A stretch of 63,124 bases of DNA, filler included, from Octopus bimaculoides (GCF_001194135.2; 4 parts of 4 records of this genome joined end to end with filler, not necessarily neighbours in it); one strand, 5' to 3'. Positions 39,305 through 53,641 are shown, counted from the whole stretch's first letter. Made by a program: numbers and translations. Notes: generated by a model not told the origin, from the sequence alone.

Positions 39305-40489
39305 CTATATTTCGGCTGCTTTTGTTAGAAAGTTTTTTAGTTTTTGCACTGTCCTCTCATTTCATTTCTTTANNNNNNNNNNNNNNNNNNNNNNNNNNNN
39401 NNNNNNNNNNNNNNNNNNNNNNNNNNNNNNNNNNNNNNNNNNNNNNNNNNNNNNNNNNNNNNNNNNNNNNNNNNNNNNNNNNNNNNNNNNNNNNNNNNNN
39501 NNNNNNNNNNNNNNNNNNNNNNNNNNNNNNNNNNNNNNNNNNNNNNNNNNNNNNNNNNNNNNNNNNNNNNNNNNNNNNNNNNNNNNNNNNNNNNNNNNNN
39601 NNNNNNNNNNNNNNNNNNNNNNNNNNNNNNNNNNNNNNNNNNNNNNNNNNNNNNNNNNNNNNNNNNNNNNNNNNNNNNNNNNNNNNNNNNNNNNNNNNNN
39701 NNNNNNNNNNNNNNNNNNNNNNNNNNNNNNNNNNNNNNNNNNNNNNNNNNNNNNNNNNNNNNNNNNNNNNNNNNNNNNNNNNNNNNNNNNNNNNNNNNNN
39801 NNNNNNNNNNNNNNNNNNNNNNNNNNNNNNNNNNNNNNNNNNNNNNNNNNNNNNNNNNNNNNNNNNNNNNNNNNNNNNNNNNNNNNNNNNNNNNNNNNNN
39901 NNNNNNNNNNNNNNNNNNNNNNNNNNNNNNNNNNNNNNNNNNNNNNNNNNNNNNNNNNNNNNNNNNNNNNNNNNNNNNNNNNNNNNNNNNNNNNNNNNNN
40001 NNNNNNNNNNNNNNNNNNNNNNNNNNNNNNNNNNNNNNNNNNNNNNTTTTTTTTTTTTTTTTTTTTGGCTTTCGCTTGTTTATCAGCGTTCTGCAAAGAC
40101 AGGGAGCAAATATAAACAGCAACGATGCCATCGATACATTCATTACCAGGAAAATTGTGAACCATCAAATAATTCACATAAATGGCTACGTTGATAAATA
40201 AGTTCGTTCACAAGAAAGACAGATGAGTTTGCGTTTATGCGTGTGCATGCACAGACGCATCATACATATATATATATATATATATGAGCGTAGACATGTT
40301 ACCATGAAGTAGAGAAATTTGAAAAGACAACACGAAACCGGTTATTTCTCCAAATACAATGGTTATATATAAAATAAAAAAATGTTATAACATTTTTCTG
40401 ACATATTTTAAATATATACTTTAACCATGTAACACAAGCCTTCTGTAGTTTTTTCACTCTTGTTTATCTTTTATATATATATATATATA

Positions 40490-40826
40490 TATACTCTTTT
40501 ACTCTTTTACTTGTTTCAGTCATTTGACTGCGGCCATGCTGGAGCATCGCCTTTAGTCGAGCAAATCGACCACCAGGACTTATTTTTTGTAAGCCTAGTA
40601 TTTATTCTATCGGTCTATTTTGCCGAACCGCTAATTCACGAGGACGTAAACACACCAGCATCGGTTGTCAAGCGATGTTGGGGAGGACATACACAGACAC
40701 ACACACACATATATATATACATATACATATATACAACGGGCTTCTTTCAGTTTCCGTCTACCAAATCCACTCACAAGGCTTTGGTCGGCTCGAGGCTATA
40801 GTACAAGACACTTGCCCAAGGTGCCA
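40490..40826 (-). mobile_element. SINE family B, near full length with internal CA/TA microsatellite
   Basis: Links the 3' half (ttcagtcatttgactgcggccatgctggagc) through (CA)/(TA)n to the 5' half (gggcttctttcagtttccgtctaccaaatccactcacaaggc..gacacttgcccaaggtgcc). Confidence 0.92.
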
Positions 40827-40968
40827 TATATATATGTATGTATGTATGTNNNNNNNNNNNNNNNNNNNNNNNNNNNNNNNNNNNNNNNNNNNNNNNNNNN
40901 NNNNNNNNNNNNNNNNNNNNNNNNNNNNNNNNNNNNNNNNNNNNNNNNNNNNNNNNNNNNNNNNTATA

Positions 40969-41004
<36 letters not shown>

Positions 41005-41719
41005 TGTAGTGCAATATATGGACTTATAGAATCATGTGTCTACCACTGTAAGCTTCTCTAGCGGACTCAGCTAGCAGAACACATAGCAATGCAATACGGG
41101 GGACTATAATGCAGAGTTCTGTACAACTGAGATGCAGGAGATACAGTAGATGAAATTACTTCGTTAGGAGTATATAAACCATAAAAAGTCAGGAGCTATG
41201 AGAGGTGAATATATTTATTTAACCACTTATTATCCTCAGGCTTACAGCCGTTTCTCATCCTTCATCATTTAATAATAATTTTAGTGTATCATTTTACATG
41301 TCTGCATTAATATGCATGATAGAGTTTATACAATACAACTAAATATTTATAAATTGGTACAGATAAAAAGACCTAGTTCATAAGACCACCAGAATGTCAT
41401 GGTTATACCAATGCTTCAGTCAAATATACTAACAAAATCTTCCATTTTTGCATACAATGTCTTATCTTATTAATTGATAATGTATTAAGCCATATCCAGA
41501 CATTCAGCTATCTAGATCAATACAATTACCTTACTAACCATAATTTAATTTTCCCTTAGAGATAGATAAAGTATTTGATTATATTCAAATATAATGCTGT
41601 CTGCAAAAATACTTATTTCCCATGGATGCTAACATCTTAAATATAAATACTTTGTATATGATAACTATATCTAAAATTTCACTTAATTATTAAACCGATA
41701 CTAATGCATCTTTAACCTA

Positions 41720-43233
41720 CACTGAAGCGCTAAAGAAACGCGATTTTTTCAGATGTCATTTTTTATATGGTAAATTCTGGAAATTTATTTCAGGAATGTA
41801 AGTGTAAATATTCCAAGACATGATGGTTTATGGCTGAGACACAAATTTCAGGTAACCTTTCAAATTTCCCTGAAACGAGACGCCAAAACGCAGCTGTGTT
41901 GAATGCCGTGGGTGGCAGTTGCAAACAATTGTCATGAAAACCGAAATGCACGTGCATCTCGTGGAGGTTATGGGTTTAAAAATCAACTTGAACCGCGTTC
42001 CTGGCATTCGTAATTTGGATGCCTCAAGTATAACCCGATTGTCAGCAGTGCAAAGAGAACAAGCTATCGCAACATGCAGGGCACGCTGCCCTGCTTGTTG
42101 TGAAAGCTTACAATCTCCATTTCAGCACCATCTATCGCCTGTAACAGCGATACAACACCAACAACACTGCAGATCGTGCTCGCAGAGGATACCTCTGGGT
42201 GACCACGTCCAAGCAGGACTGCTTCATCCACCTGCAACACCTCCGTGATCGCTTCAGACCGGCCAGCGTGACAGCTCACGAGACCATTGTCACTGGATAG
42301 CGACCCACAGCGATGACACGGTACGACGTCGACTGGTTGCCAACAACCTGGGTTGCCGTCGTCCTACGCGAGGGACTGTCGTCACCGCCCGCCACCGTCA
42401 GGCACAACTACAGTGGGCTACACAGCTCTGACATTGGCAGCATCAACATTGGAGGTCAATAATCTTTCCTGACGAGAGCCGGTACTGCGTTTCCACCGCA
42501 GATGGCAGAGTGAGAGTGTGGCGCATGAGAGGTGAACGCTACAGAGACACATGTGTCATGGAGAGAGATGTGTGGGGTGGCCAAAGCATCATGTTTTGGG
42601 ATGCTACAGGCCTGAATCAGAGAAATGGGCCCCATGTGTTCCAAAATGTTGGTTCAGGCAGAGGAAATGGCATCACACTGCAGCGTTCTGTTGAGCAGAT
42701 CCTAAGACCTCACATCGTGCCCTTCTTTACACGTCACCATAGCTACATGTTCCAGCAGGACAATACTCCCTCCCACACGGCCAGAGTCACCATGGGCTTC
42801 TTGCGTCAGCAGAATATCAGAACCATGCTGTGGCTGGCTCTCAGCCCGGATTTGAACCTGTCTAGGGGATGAAATGCAGAGACGGCTGAACCAGGTGGTC
42901 CCAAGGCCGACAACTCGTGTGGAACTGGAGACAGCTTTCCGCAGGGTGTGGGTACAGGTGCCAATGGCTTTTGTGAACAGCCTCATACACTCCATGTACC
43001 GACGGTGTACGGCCATTTTAAACCCCCAGAGAGGGCATACACGGTATTGAACATGTCACGCCCTACAATCTCTATGTGCTGGATCCGCCCACTACCACAG
43101 CACATAACAACGACCCATAGACTGTGGTCAAAGTGCATCCAAGAAATTGACTTTATCAGTTTTATCAAAATTTATCTCTGACATAATGAAATTAAAACAT
43201 ATTTCACAGTCACACACGTCTCGTGTTTCAGTG
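41720..43233 (+). pseudogene. Tc1-like transposon, full span with TA TSDs, disrupted transposase
   Basis: ta|cactgaagc ... gtttcagtg|ta. Peptides PRLSAVQREQAI, TVRRRL, IIFPDESRYCVSTADGRVRVWR, MFQQDNTPSHTARVT and ALSPDLN are present; the following PIE segment is deleted. Confidence 0.93.
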
Positions 43234-43836
43234 TATATCAATACAAATGGATAATTTCCTACATTAGTTAACCATATTTTGTATTAGACTATATTTAGAC
43301 ATTTTGCTATTTGTAAAATGCTTTTACCTGTTGATGCATAACATTCCAGTCTATTATATTTAATGCCTGGATCATTTTTACATATTGTCGAAGTTGCTAT
43401 TCTATAATGACCGCATGATTCTGTAATTCTACGCTTTCAAATTTCTTAGTATTCCTGTTTGCATTATTTCCTTTTTATCAATATTAATGACTCATTAAAT
43501 CTGCTCTTATAACCATGTTTGGCTGATTCAGTATAATAGAAGTGCCTACTTCGTAGCATTTATATCCATGCACTTGTATAGGAATCTGATCCGAGCGGTT
43601 TTCTGCTAGCCACTTGATTGATTCCCAATTCTAATAAATTTTATGATATTTTACGTCGAATTTTTCTTTGTATAATAGTACTCACTTTAGTAAATATTGC
43701 TTTCGTTATTTTATCACCGTCATAATCTCTTTTTTAGACAAACATCAAGGTAGTTTACACAAATACCTTTTAAGTGACATAGATTACAATTATAAAGAAA
43801 TTTGTGGGGGAATTTTTTTCCGAGGGGACGAGGAGA

Positions 43837-43926
43837 GGAGTTTCGGTAAAACGGAGTTTCGGTAAAACGGAGTTTCGGTAAAACGGAGTTTCGGTAAAAC
43901 GGAGTTTCGGTAAAACGGAGTTTCGG
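43837..43926. repeat. 16-bp minisatellite, 5.6 identical copies
   Basis: ggagtttcggtaaaac x5 plus ggagtttcgg. Confidence 0.97.
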
Positions 43927-45109
43927 ATCAGGAAGACCAAATAAGTTAGAATTAATCTGTTTTGACGGGAAATTTCCCCCATTTTCTTCAAACCACAGCC
44001 TTCGAAAGAATGGGTTGGGCATCTTTGAATGAAAAAAAGTATTAAAAAAAATATTTTACAACCCTCTCCCTCCCTCATCATCCCACTCTGGACCTATTTT
44101 GGCCAATTNNNNNNNNNNNNNNNNNNNNNNNNNNNNNNNNNNNNNNNNNNNNNNNNNNNNNNNNNNNNNNNNNNNNNNNNNNNNNNNNNNNNNNNNNNNN
44201 NNNNNNNNNNNNNNNNNNNNNNATTTTTTTTTTTTTTTTTGTATTTCAAAACCATGAGAGGAGCATTTTCGGTAAAAAAAATTTTTTTTAAATGGTTAAT
44301 ATTTTTCAGAGGGAAAAGTGAGTGATTTAAGGTGGATCTGGCTGTTGTTTCTAGCACATCCCAAGACATCACTCCTCATTTCTTTATCATTCTCGCATGT
44401 ATTGATGTTTTTCAATATTTTTCTCCCCCATAAATACATTTATATGCTATAAAAGAAAACAAATTTGAAAAATTATGAATGTTTGGCAACCCCACTCCCT
44501 GACTCCGATTGTTTCTGTTTAGAAATTAAAATATTGGAGAGCCTGAGAAGGTCATTGCTGGGATTTATCCACAATGATTTTTAAAATACATTTTGATAGC
44601 ATACTTTTCTGTTAGATAATGTTTTTTCTTACATACACATATGGCTTCGCTTGATTGAGGTAGGGGTAAAAATTTAGATGACAATTTTTTTGTTGTTGCT
44701 TACATTCCACCAATGGACCACGCGTGTGTTACTTCGGCATCATCATTCCTACGCGCGTAGTCTTTTTTCCACTTTGTTTCTTAAACGTAACCGCTTTTAA
44801 TTCTTACTCCCTTGGATTTTTTAGATTTTTAAACCAGTTTTGTATAGTACACATTTCTTGGTGGTGTCTGATCTCCTTCATCGTGCGAGTTACACCATGG
44901 TGGTTCTTCTCTAAATTATTAAAATATTTTTCAGTATATTATCAAATTGTATTTCCTTGTAAGTTCGGATTTTGTAATTCCCTAACATTATAATATTTAT
45001 ATATATATATATATATATNNNNNNNNNNNNNNNNNNNNNNNNNNNNNNNNNNNNNNNNNNNNNNNNNNNNNNNNNNNNNNNNNNNNNNNNNNNNNNNNNN
45101 NNNNNNNNN

Positions 45110-45157
<48 letters not shown>

Positions 45158-45822
45158 TTTCATTTAATTTAGCTACTTTAATTTCTTTCCTATCCCTTCT
45201 CTGTCTTTCGTTCATATTAAGGACGATCACTTCTCTAATCTTAAATTCAACATTTTAATTGATATTTTACAAATTATATTTATTATTTATATTTATTTTT
45301 AATGACCATACGAAGCTAATTTTATCTACTATCGGTCTTCCATAAATTGTATATGTAAATGGAAACTTTTGTATGTACACTTAGAGTTGAAGGATAGGTG
45401 TAACGCTGATGTTCCGGAGATCTGTTGGGCTAGCTTTCTTTATTTGCATTGATTTGTGAATATACACTTGTATTGCATAATGCGTAGCATGCACATTAAT
45501 GCAGACAAGGAAAATAAGTGAAGGATGTGAAACGGCCGTAACCCTAAGGATGACAGGTGGTTAAATAAACATATTCACCTCCCATCTCATACCTGCTGAA
45601 TTTCTGTTTATGTTTGTCCTCAACGCTTTGACAACCGGCGTTGGTTTGTTTAAGTCGTGTACAAGAGAGTTTGACAAGAGTTTAAGTACCAGACTAAAAT
45701 AAGTGTCGAGAGCGAACTGTGCTACCAGATTGTACCCCAGAGACATATAGACTCTATGATCAAAGGTGTTGTTGCAACTCTCGCATGCATTAGGCGTACG
45801 CAATAATAATATGAGACTTCAG

Positions 45823-45857
<35 letters not shown>

Positions 45858-47009
45858 TGTGTGAGTGTGGGTACCGCGTAAGTGCGTGTTGGTGTCAGCT
45901 TCACCCCAAATGAAAATGCCTGCTGATTACTGTTTTAAGTAATCTGGTAATTTTAATAATCTGAACATCTACAGGAACTATCTAATTATATCATTATTTC
46001 TATATAATTAACTGATCTTTCTCTCTCTTTCTCTCTCTCTCTCCCTCCCTCTCTCTCCCTCCCTCTCTCTCCCTTCCTCTCTCTCTCTCTGTCACACANN
46101 NNNNNNNNNNNNTTAACTGATCTTTCTCTCTCTTTCTCTCTCTCTCTCCCTCCCTCTCTCTCCCTCCCTCTCTCTCCCTTCCTCTCTCTCTCTCTGTCAC
46201 ACACATGCATACACATACAGGCATATACACACATATCTAGACATATACATATTTGTATACAAGTACCCATAAATATGTTCACTTATGAATTTTCTTACCG
46301 GTATTCATTTAACCTATTCACTGACGAACCAGCGAGACAGCATATACATGATTAATCAACATGCGGAAAGTAGCTTCTAAACCATCCTCATTTTACTTTC
46401 TTTAGGTTGAAGAATACATTGGGTACAAAGCCACTTTAGTTTCCTCGTAGCACCCCCACCCCCAGCCCGGGCAAATGAATGTACTGGACCTTACACTATT
46501 TATTGAGAAAGCCGTAGCATAAATAGAAGAGAAGTGTAACACCAGACCTGTGAGGCCCCTGCATAATACTGATTGGGGTGATCAATGTTAGAACACATTT
46601 GGTTATACGTGTCTTAGATCATAGTAGAACTGCTGGTAAGCAACAACAAATGAGAACACATCGGATAATGTAGTCCTCGGCAGGCTGAGTAGAAGAGTTC
46701 AAGGCTGATCTCGGACAAAACAACACGTTAAAGTTCTTAGATTTTCCATTCCTAGATAATCTATGTTCAAATAAAGACCGAATAGACACAGCTGGAACAC
46801 CATTGATTATATTTGAGCAAGAACCACAATAATAACAGTTAAAACAAGATTCATTTGCCGCTACAAATAACTGCTGGCTAATCCCTGAAAATACAATATG
46901 GCTAAATAAGAATACCTCAAGATTCGTCTGCATACTAAATATACATAGAGTAACTTCTCACATATATAATATAGTGAATAGTTTTAATGTATGGAGTGCT
47001 AGAGAAGAG

Positions 47010-47450
47010 TATCATCCTTGAGTGCGGTAGCACGTGTTTCCCCCTTAGGTGGAGTCCGTTGGCTTTGGTCACCGCCTAGCACCCAAATCTCACCTGTGGC
47101 TCTACGTAGTTGTTTGCATACAACGGCAGCCATACTCGGATAAACTACTTCAACTGGCGGGCTGAAGCAGTTGATGGATAGCTAATGGGTATGTAACTCT
47201 TGTTGAGTTAGAGCTTGTGTATTTATTATGTATGCGAAGACTGGATCTGGCAGACTCTGCGGAAGAGACCTCCATGGTTCAACGGAAAGGAAGGTGGCTT
47301 GCAGCAACGCATTGTGCAGTGCAGAGAGGAAGATGAAGCAAATAAGACGTTTTGTTCATCCACTGTGTCAGCCTCCATCCCCTGCTGTACTGACCTCTTC
47401 TTACCATAGGATAGAAGATGGTAACGGATGAGAGAGTAAAGTTGATGGTG
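47010..47450 (+). mobile_element. Probable LINE (RTE-like) 5' UTR fragment, GC-richer and structured
   Basis: Multiple hairpins and an HDV-like P2/J4-2 signature. The family assignment is from general resemblance only. Confidence 0.35.
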
Positions 47451-48762
47451 AGCAACTTTTCTTTACTTTAAACAATGTTACGGCGTAAGTCATCATTCAG
47501 CGCCAGGATGACTAGATGGTCGTCGCCGTTCCGATGGACAGACACACGATAGAGAATAGAAAAACGTAACACATAGATAAATTCTCTGCTGCATTGCTTA
47601 ACGGTTAAAAAAAAATGAGAGAAAGAGATAAGTGACACGCGTGTATATTTGTCATCCTCAAGCAGAATCACCGTCATACAGATTGACAAGGCTTTACAAT
47701 TTGAATTGATGAGCTTCTATACAGTTTCCATTAATCCAGTTTCATTCGCAAGGTATAGGTCGACCAGTGACTGTAGGAAATTACTTTTTCCCGAGTGCCT
47801 ATATTGGGCAGAAGTTAGAAAGGAACCGATTGATTCTACTAACCATATATGAGCACAGTGTTTTCCATAAAATACTAGTGAACTTATGGATCATCGGATC
47901 CACCCTACTACAAGGGTCTACAATCACTATAAGTACCCCCTTTACAATCACCACCACTCACATCAACATCAAGAATGATAGCAACAACGACCCAAAGAGA
48001 GAGATGCTATGAACCAATGGAAGAACATCAACTTGTGATGACAACAGAGCCTGTAAGTGGTCGCTTGAATTGTTAAAATTAGCAAAGAAATTTCGTCGAT
48101 GTCACACCATATCTAAATTTAAGTGCTCTGTACTTGAATAAAAGGCATGATTGCCAGACTGTGACCGGCTTTGATTAGAGGGCCTACTGGATACTGATTG
48201 ACCTCTGGCTCAACAACAACTACAACAGATGCACATATATATGCACAGAAACAGAGCAACAGTCAAATAAGTGCACTACTCCCACACACACGAAACAAAG
48301 AAAAGCACATGCGTGCACTCTCTTTCTCTTTTTTTTACATCCCTCTTTCTCACTCATCCTTTTACTGTCTCTATAATCCTTTCTGTATGTGTCTCTCTCT
48401 CTCACTCTCCTTATCTCTTTCATACACGCACACAAATACATACATATTCACAATTACAGACAGAAAAATGGACACAGACACTCATCTCACAAACTTCGAG
48501 ATAAAATTACATACACGGCACAGTGCAACTACACTAAGCTATAGACGCTAACCCAGAAATACACCCACCTACGCATGCAATGAAGCAGTAGAGCAACCAC
48601 AGACCCATATTCACTCATATATACATATTTGTGTGTGTATGTGTATGTATGTATGCATGTATGTATGTATGTATGCTTGTATGTATGTATATATGTATGT
48701 ATATATGTATGTATCTAAGTAGGTATATATATATATATATATATATGTATACATACGTATAT

Positions 48763-48799
<37 letters not shown>

Positions 48800-48821
48800 T
48801 AGATAGATANNNNNNNNNNAT

Positions 48822-48907
<86 letters not shown>

Positions 48908-49529
48908 CTGTATATATATGTGTGTGTGTGTGTGTGAGTGAGTGCTTGTGTTACAGAAATATGGATACACACACATAATAGAGCAATTGCAAACACATAC
49001 ATATTCATACACAAATAATTATACACACGCACACACACATACATGTATACATGCACATGTATATATACTTATGCATAGATATATATACATATATATACAT
49101 ACATATATATATGCGTATATTCATATACATATATATAAAACATATATGCATAATGTACATGTGTGTATGTGTGCGTGTGTGTGTGTGTGTGTGTGCGCGT
49201 GTGTGTGTGTGCGTGCGTGTGTGTGCGTGTGTGCGTGTATGTCTGGCCAGGTATTTGGAGAATCATTATTCTGCACCTGTTGAACCTGTTTAATCGGGAT
49301 TAACATTCTGTAACCGCTAATTAATTATATAGGTAAAGAGAGATTAGTAAAATATTTAAGGATTAAAGTGAGACAAGACTGGATAATATTACATACACAT
49401 AAACACACGCGCACACACACAATACACACGCACATATATATGTGTGTGTATGTATATGAATATATATGTATATGTAGGTATACATATGTAAACATTTGTG
49501 AATAGACTAGACATTTGTTTCGCATTTAT

Positions 49530-49620
49530 GAAATCCTAGATTGTCCCTTAACTCAGAAAACACTAACTCAACTCTTGTTTTTTTATGCAGATGACGTCTC
49601 TGAAATATCTGTTCTCTAAA
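49530..49620 (+). mobile_element. Ancient LINE RT remnant around a YADD motif
   Basis: tat gca gat gac gtc = YADDV, preceded by a frameshifted LPLTQ..NSTLVF-like segment. Confidence 0.3.
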
Positions 49621-50064
49621 CAATTCAGTTTTCCTGCACCATCTAATGAACACTCATGTATGTTTGCCCTAAGATTTATTCATCTGTTACTTCAGAAATT
49701 AAGCTGGAGTCTATATTTCAATTAAAGGATCACAATGAGAGATAAATATGTCCTGGGTTATTTGACGTATTTGCCTGAGAAAAATAATGAAGCTGACTTT
49801 TGTAATTGACAAATTCTAGTTGGTTTTTCCTTAACACAATTATCAATTATTTGTAAATAACTATGTTTAATACTATCCACATTAAATGTATCAATAACAT
49901 TAACTCACCTATCAGTCCAGTTATATGATTCAGAGAGACAGGTAAATTAGTGTTAACATTTTTTAATACATAAAACATTAAAAAGCAAAGAATTTATTGG
50001 TATTGCATGTTAATTTCTTATAACCATCCTTCGTAATGTAGATACTGAAGCAAAATATGTTAAC

Positions 50065-50240
50065 ACTTAACTCAGTCATAGTCCCGACTTGAACTCCAAG
50101 GTCTATGAGGTAAATTCGGGAGACCGAATCTGAATGGAAACATATCGAACGTGTTGTACATGTTATTCAAAAGCTTAGACTTGTAACAGGCAACAACGTT
50201 GAATCTGCTTGGGGAATAGGCTGAGCACAAATATCAGAGG
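50065..50240 (+). mobile_element. Tc1/mariner C-terminal remnant
   Basis: agtcatagtcccgacttgaac = SHSPDLN. Confidence 0.35.
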
Positions 50241-50334
50241 AACTTTCCATCAATGATATTATCATGCAACGTACACTGCAGCTGTAATTTCAAGCGATAA
50301 TCCTTGCAAAGTGCAATATCACAGTATGTTTTAC

Positions 50335-50535
50335 CTTTAGCATTCAGATTTTTCTATCAAGCTATTTCATTCACATTGCTTAGAATTTATCACACATTAT
50401 CTTGTAGCTTTGAGATTTCAATGTTGTGATTGCTTATTTTTAGAATGACGTAGGATAGATATGAGAGATCTCTGATCTGGCTAGTTTGAACTTAAAACAG
50501 GTAGAATATTTGGGCCGGTTATGGTCGGTTTGAAC
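50335..50535. mobile_element. Partial MITE-like repeat
   Basis: tttagcattcaga..atctggctagtttgaacttaaaacaggtagaatatttgggccggttatggtcggtttgaac resembles a common octopus short element as I recall it. The termini are eroded. Confidence 0.4.
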
Positions 50536-50756
50536 AGTACAAGTACCTGTAGAATAATCAGTCTCTTATATTATATTACGTGTTAGTCGAACATTCAGCT
50601 TTATTTCATGCATTTTTACATACAATGTACCTGACACAGCGTATATACACCTTACCTGTATAATTGTCGGCGGAATGCCCAATCGTCTCTGTGCATATAT
50701 AGTTATTGAACATTGGGTGTACGTGCAGATATGCGTATACATATTACATATCAAAA

Positions 50757-50828
50757 GTCACACACATATATCTACAAATAGCCACACACATATATCTACA
50801 AATAGTCACACACATATATCTACAAATA
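50757..50828. repeat. 24-bp tandem repeat, 3 copies
   Basis: g(t/c)cacacacatatatctacaaata x3. Confidence 0.95.
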
Positions 50829-50991
50829 TGTATATATGCTTAGACGCGCGCGCGCATGCATGCATGCACTCACACACATACACATACACACACATATATA
50901 GATAGATTAGATAGATAGATGGACAGATAGACAGACAGACAGACAGACTGACAGACTGACAGACAGATGACAGACAGACAGACAGACAGAC

Positions 50992-51046
<55 letters not shown>

Positions 51047-51059
51047 CAAACATATATTT

Positions 51060-51365
51060 TCCAAAAAGAGACACCTACTCAGCCACTGAATGGAACTATT
51101 CTGAATGACCACAAGAAGCATTCCGGAAGATCGCAGATATGGACGAGCCCCACAAAATAAGAAACAATTCTAGAAATACCAGACTTCATGACAATCTGTG
51201 CGGCAAGTGAGCCGTAAAATAGGAATTTCAAAATCAAGCGCCCATCGCAATTTGTTGCGCTGTCATTGGAAAACATACATTATTCCAAGTATTGTACACA
51301 TGCTCTTAATGAAGATGATCCGCACCGAAGTGTGGAGCTTTACGGTCAGTGGACAAACGAAAGAA
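51060..51365 (+). mobile_element. IS630-Tc1-mariner transposase N-terminal fragment (DUF4817-type HTH)
   Basis: [52 protein letters not shown] (frameshifted). Confidence 0.7.
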
Positions 51366-51436
51366 ACATCACTCAACACAATTAATAGAAGTTACATGTA
51401 TTATCATTTAAAACACACACACACACACACACACAT

Positions 51437-51504
<68 letters not shown>

Positions 51505-51908
51505 NNNNNNNNNNNNNNNNNNNNNNNNNNNNNNNNNNNNNNNNNNNNNNNNNNNNNNNNNNNNNNNNNNNNNNNNNNNNNNNNNNNNNNNNNNNNNNNN
51601 NNNNNNNNNNNNNNNNNNNNNNNNNNNNNNNNNNNNNNNNNNNNNNNNNNNNNNNNNNNNNNNNNNNNNNNNNNNNNNNNNNNNNNNNNNNNNNNNNNNN
51701 NNNNNNNNNNNNNNNNNNNNNNNNNNNNNNNNNNNNNNNNNNNNNNNNNNNNNNNNNNNNNNNNNNNNNNNNNNNNNNNNNNNNNNNNNNNNNNNNNNNN
51801 NNNNNNNNNNNNNNNNNNNNNNNNNNNNNNNNNNNNNNNNNNNNNNNNNNNNNNNNNNNNNNNNNNNNNNNNNNNNNNNNNNNNNNNNNNNNNNNNNNNN
51901 NNNNNNNN

Positions 51909-51948
<40 letters not shown>

Positions 51949-51961
51949 CACACGCACAATA

Positions 51962-53372
51962 TAAATATATATATGGTGGTTGTCTACTCCTTATGCAGAG
52001 TGTGACCACCTCCTGTACCTACACCTTAGATCCATCATGGCGTCTGGTGTGGCTTTTTAAACCAGACAATGTATTGAAAAGACACCTACATAGTTTGCAT
52101 ATCTGATATGAACACCAAGAACTGCAGTTAAGTTCCGAACTTTGTGGATCTTAAAATGTCTTTTGAAGCTTCCGTTAGATTTGCAGACCTTATGGCATAT
52201 ATGGCACCGAAAGGTGTGCACAGATGTACATACAGAATAGTTGGTGGTGGTTCATTTTTCATGGATCCACAAATGAGATTTGAACCCAGCAAAAGAAAGG
52301 CATGGTCTGTCACAAACTGTGCACACAAAAAGGTCACTGAGATTCATCTTTTCCATCACAACATTCTTCTTTAAATCTCTCTTGAGTCCTGCATATGTTA
52401 TCCTGACCTCTTAAAACGCTTTCATTCCACTCCACACTTTTGTTCGCTATCCAGCTCGATCCGAAACAAGTGTTTCTATGTCCTCTGGATCCTTTCTAAG
52501 TGACTTTATGGTAGTCCTTATACCGTCTTTAAACCGCTTTTAAGGTTTACACCGATAGCGTTTCCCCTCTGCAAGTTTGTCATAAAACAAGCTGTTTGGG
52601 TGTGCGTTCATCCACCATTCGAACAATATAGCCTACCCATCTCATTTGGTTTTTCAGAATCATTGCTTTAATTGAAATGATGCCTGCAGACACAAGGACA
52701 TCTGTATTTGGAGTAAAAAAATATTTAATGCTTAAAATGCGATGACGGTACTTTGGTGGAATTGATCTAACAATTTGTAATGAGCCAATTTTGTGTTTTT
52801 ATTTATATGTCGTTGGCGCCAAACGCGTGACTCCAAACCACCAAATGCTTGTGCTGCCCTTTCAAATCGCAGATCTGTTTCTGTATCCAGATTTTTTTGT
52901 ACAGAGCTTCCAAAGTAGATGAAAGAATCAACAACCTCAAGTAACTTACCCTAAACAAAAATTTTTGTGGGGTTGCAAACAGCACCACGTACAGGTTGAT
53001 ACATTACAACTGTTTCTTTTTGATCAAGCCAAAGTCATCACATGCTGAGTCAAATGCAGGTACAAGAGATTGCAGGCCTGTTTCAGAATGACTGACCAGA
53101 TCACAATCGTCAACGTATAAGAGTTCCCTAACAAGTGAAGTAAAAATCTTTGTTTTGAATTTCAGTTTGATCAGATTTAAAACATTCCCTGTTGTTCGAA
53201 GTTTTGAAAAGCGCGTGACATCACAACAGATAAGTATATTGCAAAGAGGGTGGGTGCATCAAGGTCTCGTTTTACTCCAATTTCCACGGCAAAAGATTCA
53301 GCGAGCCTACTATCAAAATCAACTCTAGCTTTCATATCTTGATGCAAAGCCCTGATCATGTTTACAAATATG
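51962..53372 (-). mobile_element. 5'-truncated RTE-clade LINE (RT to 3' end), decayed
   Basis: FVNMIRALHQDMKARV, GVKRDLDAPTLFAIYLSVVM, ELLYVDDCDLVSHSETGLQSL, FERAAQAFGGLESRVW and QMRWVGYIVRMVDERTPKQL; the tail runs into (AT)n. Confidence 0.93.
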
Positions 53373-53541
53373 TGTATACACACACACAAACACAATATAA
53401 ATAAACGTATATCGACCTGTCTAACTTGCTTATCCTTACATCTACTCCTCTACCCGCTCAAGTTTAGACCTCTTGAGTGTTACAAGGTGTATTTTATACG
53501 GAGAATATCTGATTCTCATCTATGGACTCTGTGTGTGTGTG

Positions 53542-53602
<61 letters not shown>

Positions 53603-53641
53603 TACAAGAAGATGGTATATTTTTGAACGCAGAGTTACTGC

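Noticed and set aside
41195-41270. Hammerhead-like 3' halves GAAACGG(C/U)(C/U)GUA here (minus), at ~45530 and at ~14475
   Set aside because: 41195-41270 and 45500-45600 are homologous repeat copies, but no CUGANGA with pairing stems I and II can be placed in either permutation.
46012-46202. Exact ~87-bp duplication around a short N gap
   Set aside because: Same contig-overlap artefact.
46620-46930. Possible Gypsy RT-RNaseH linker remnant or exon
   Set aside because: Only vague resemblance with multiple stops; not supportable without a profile search.
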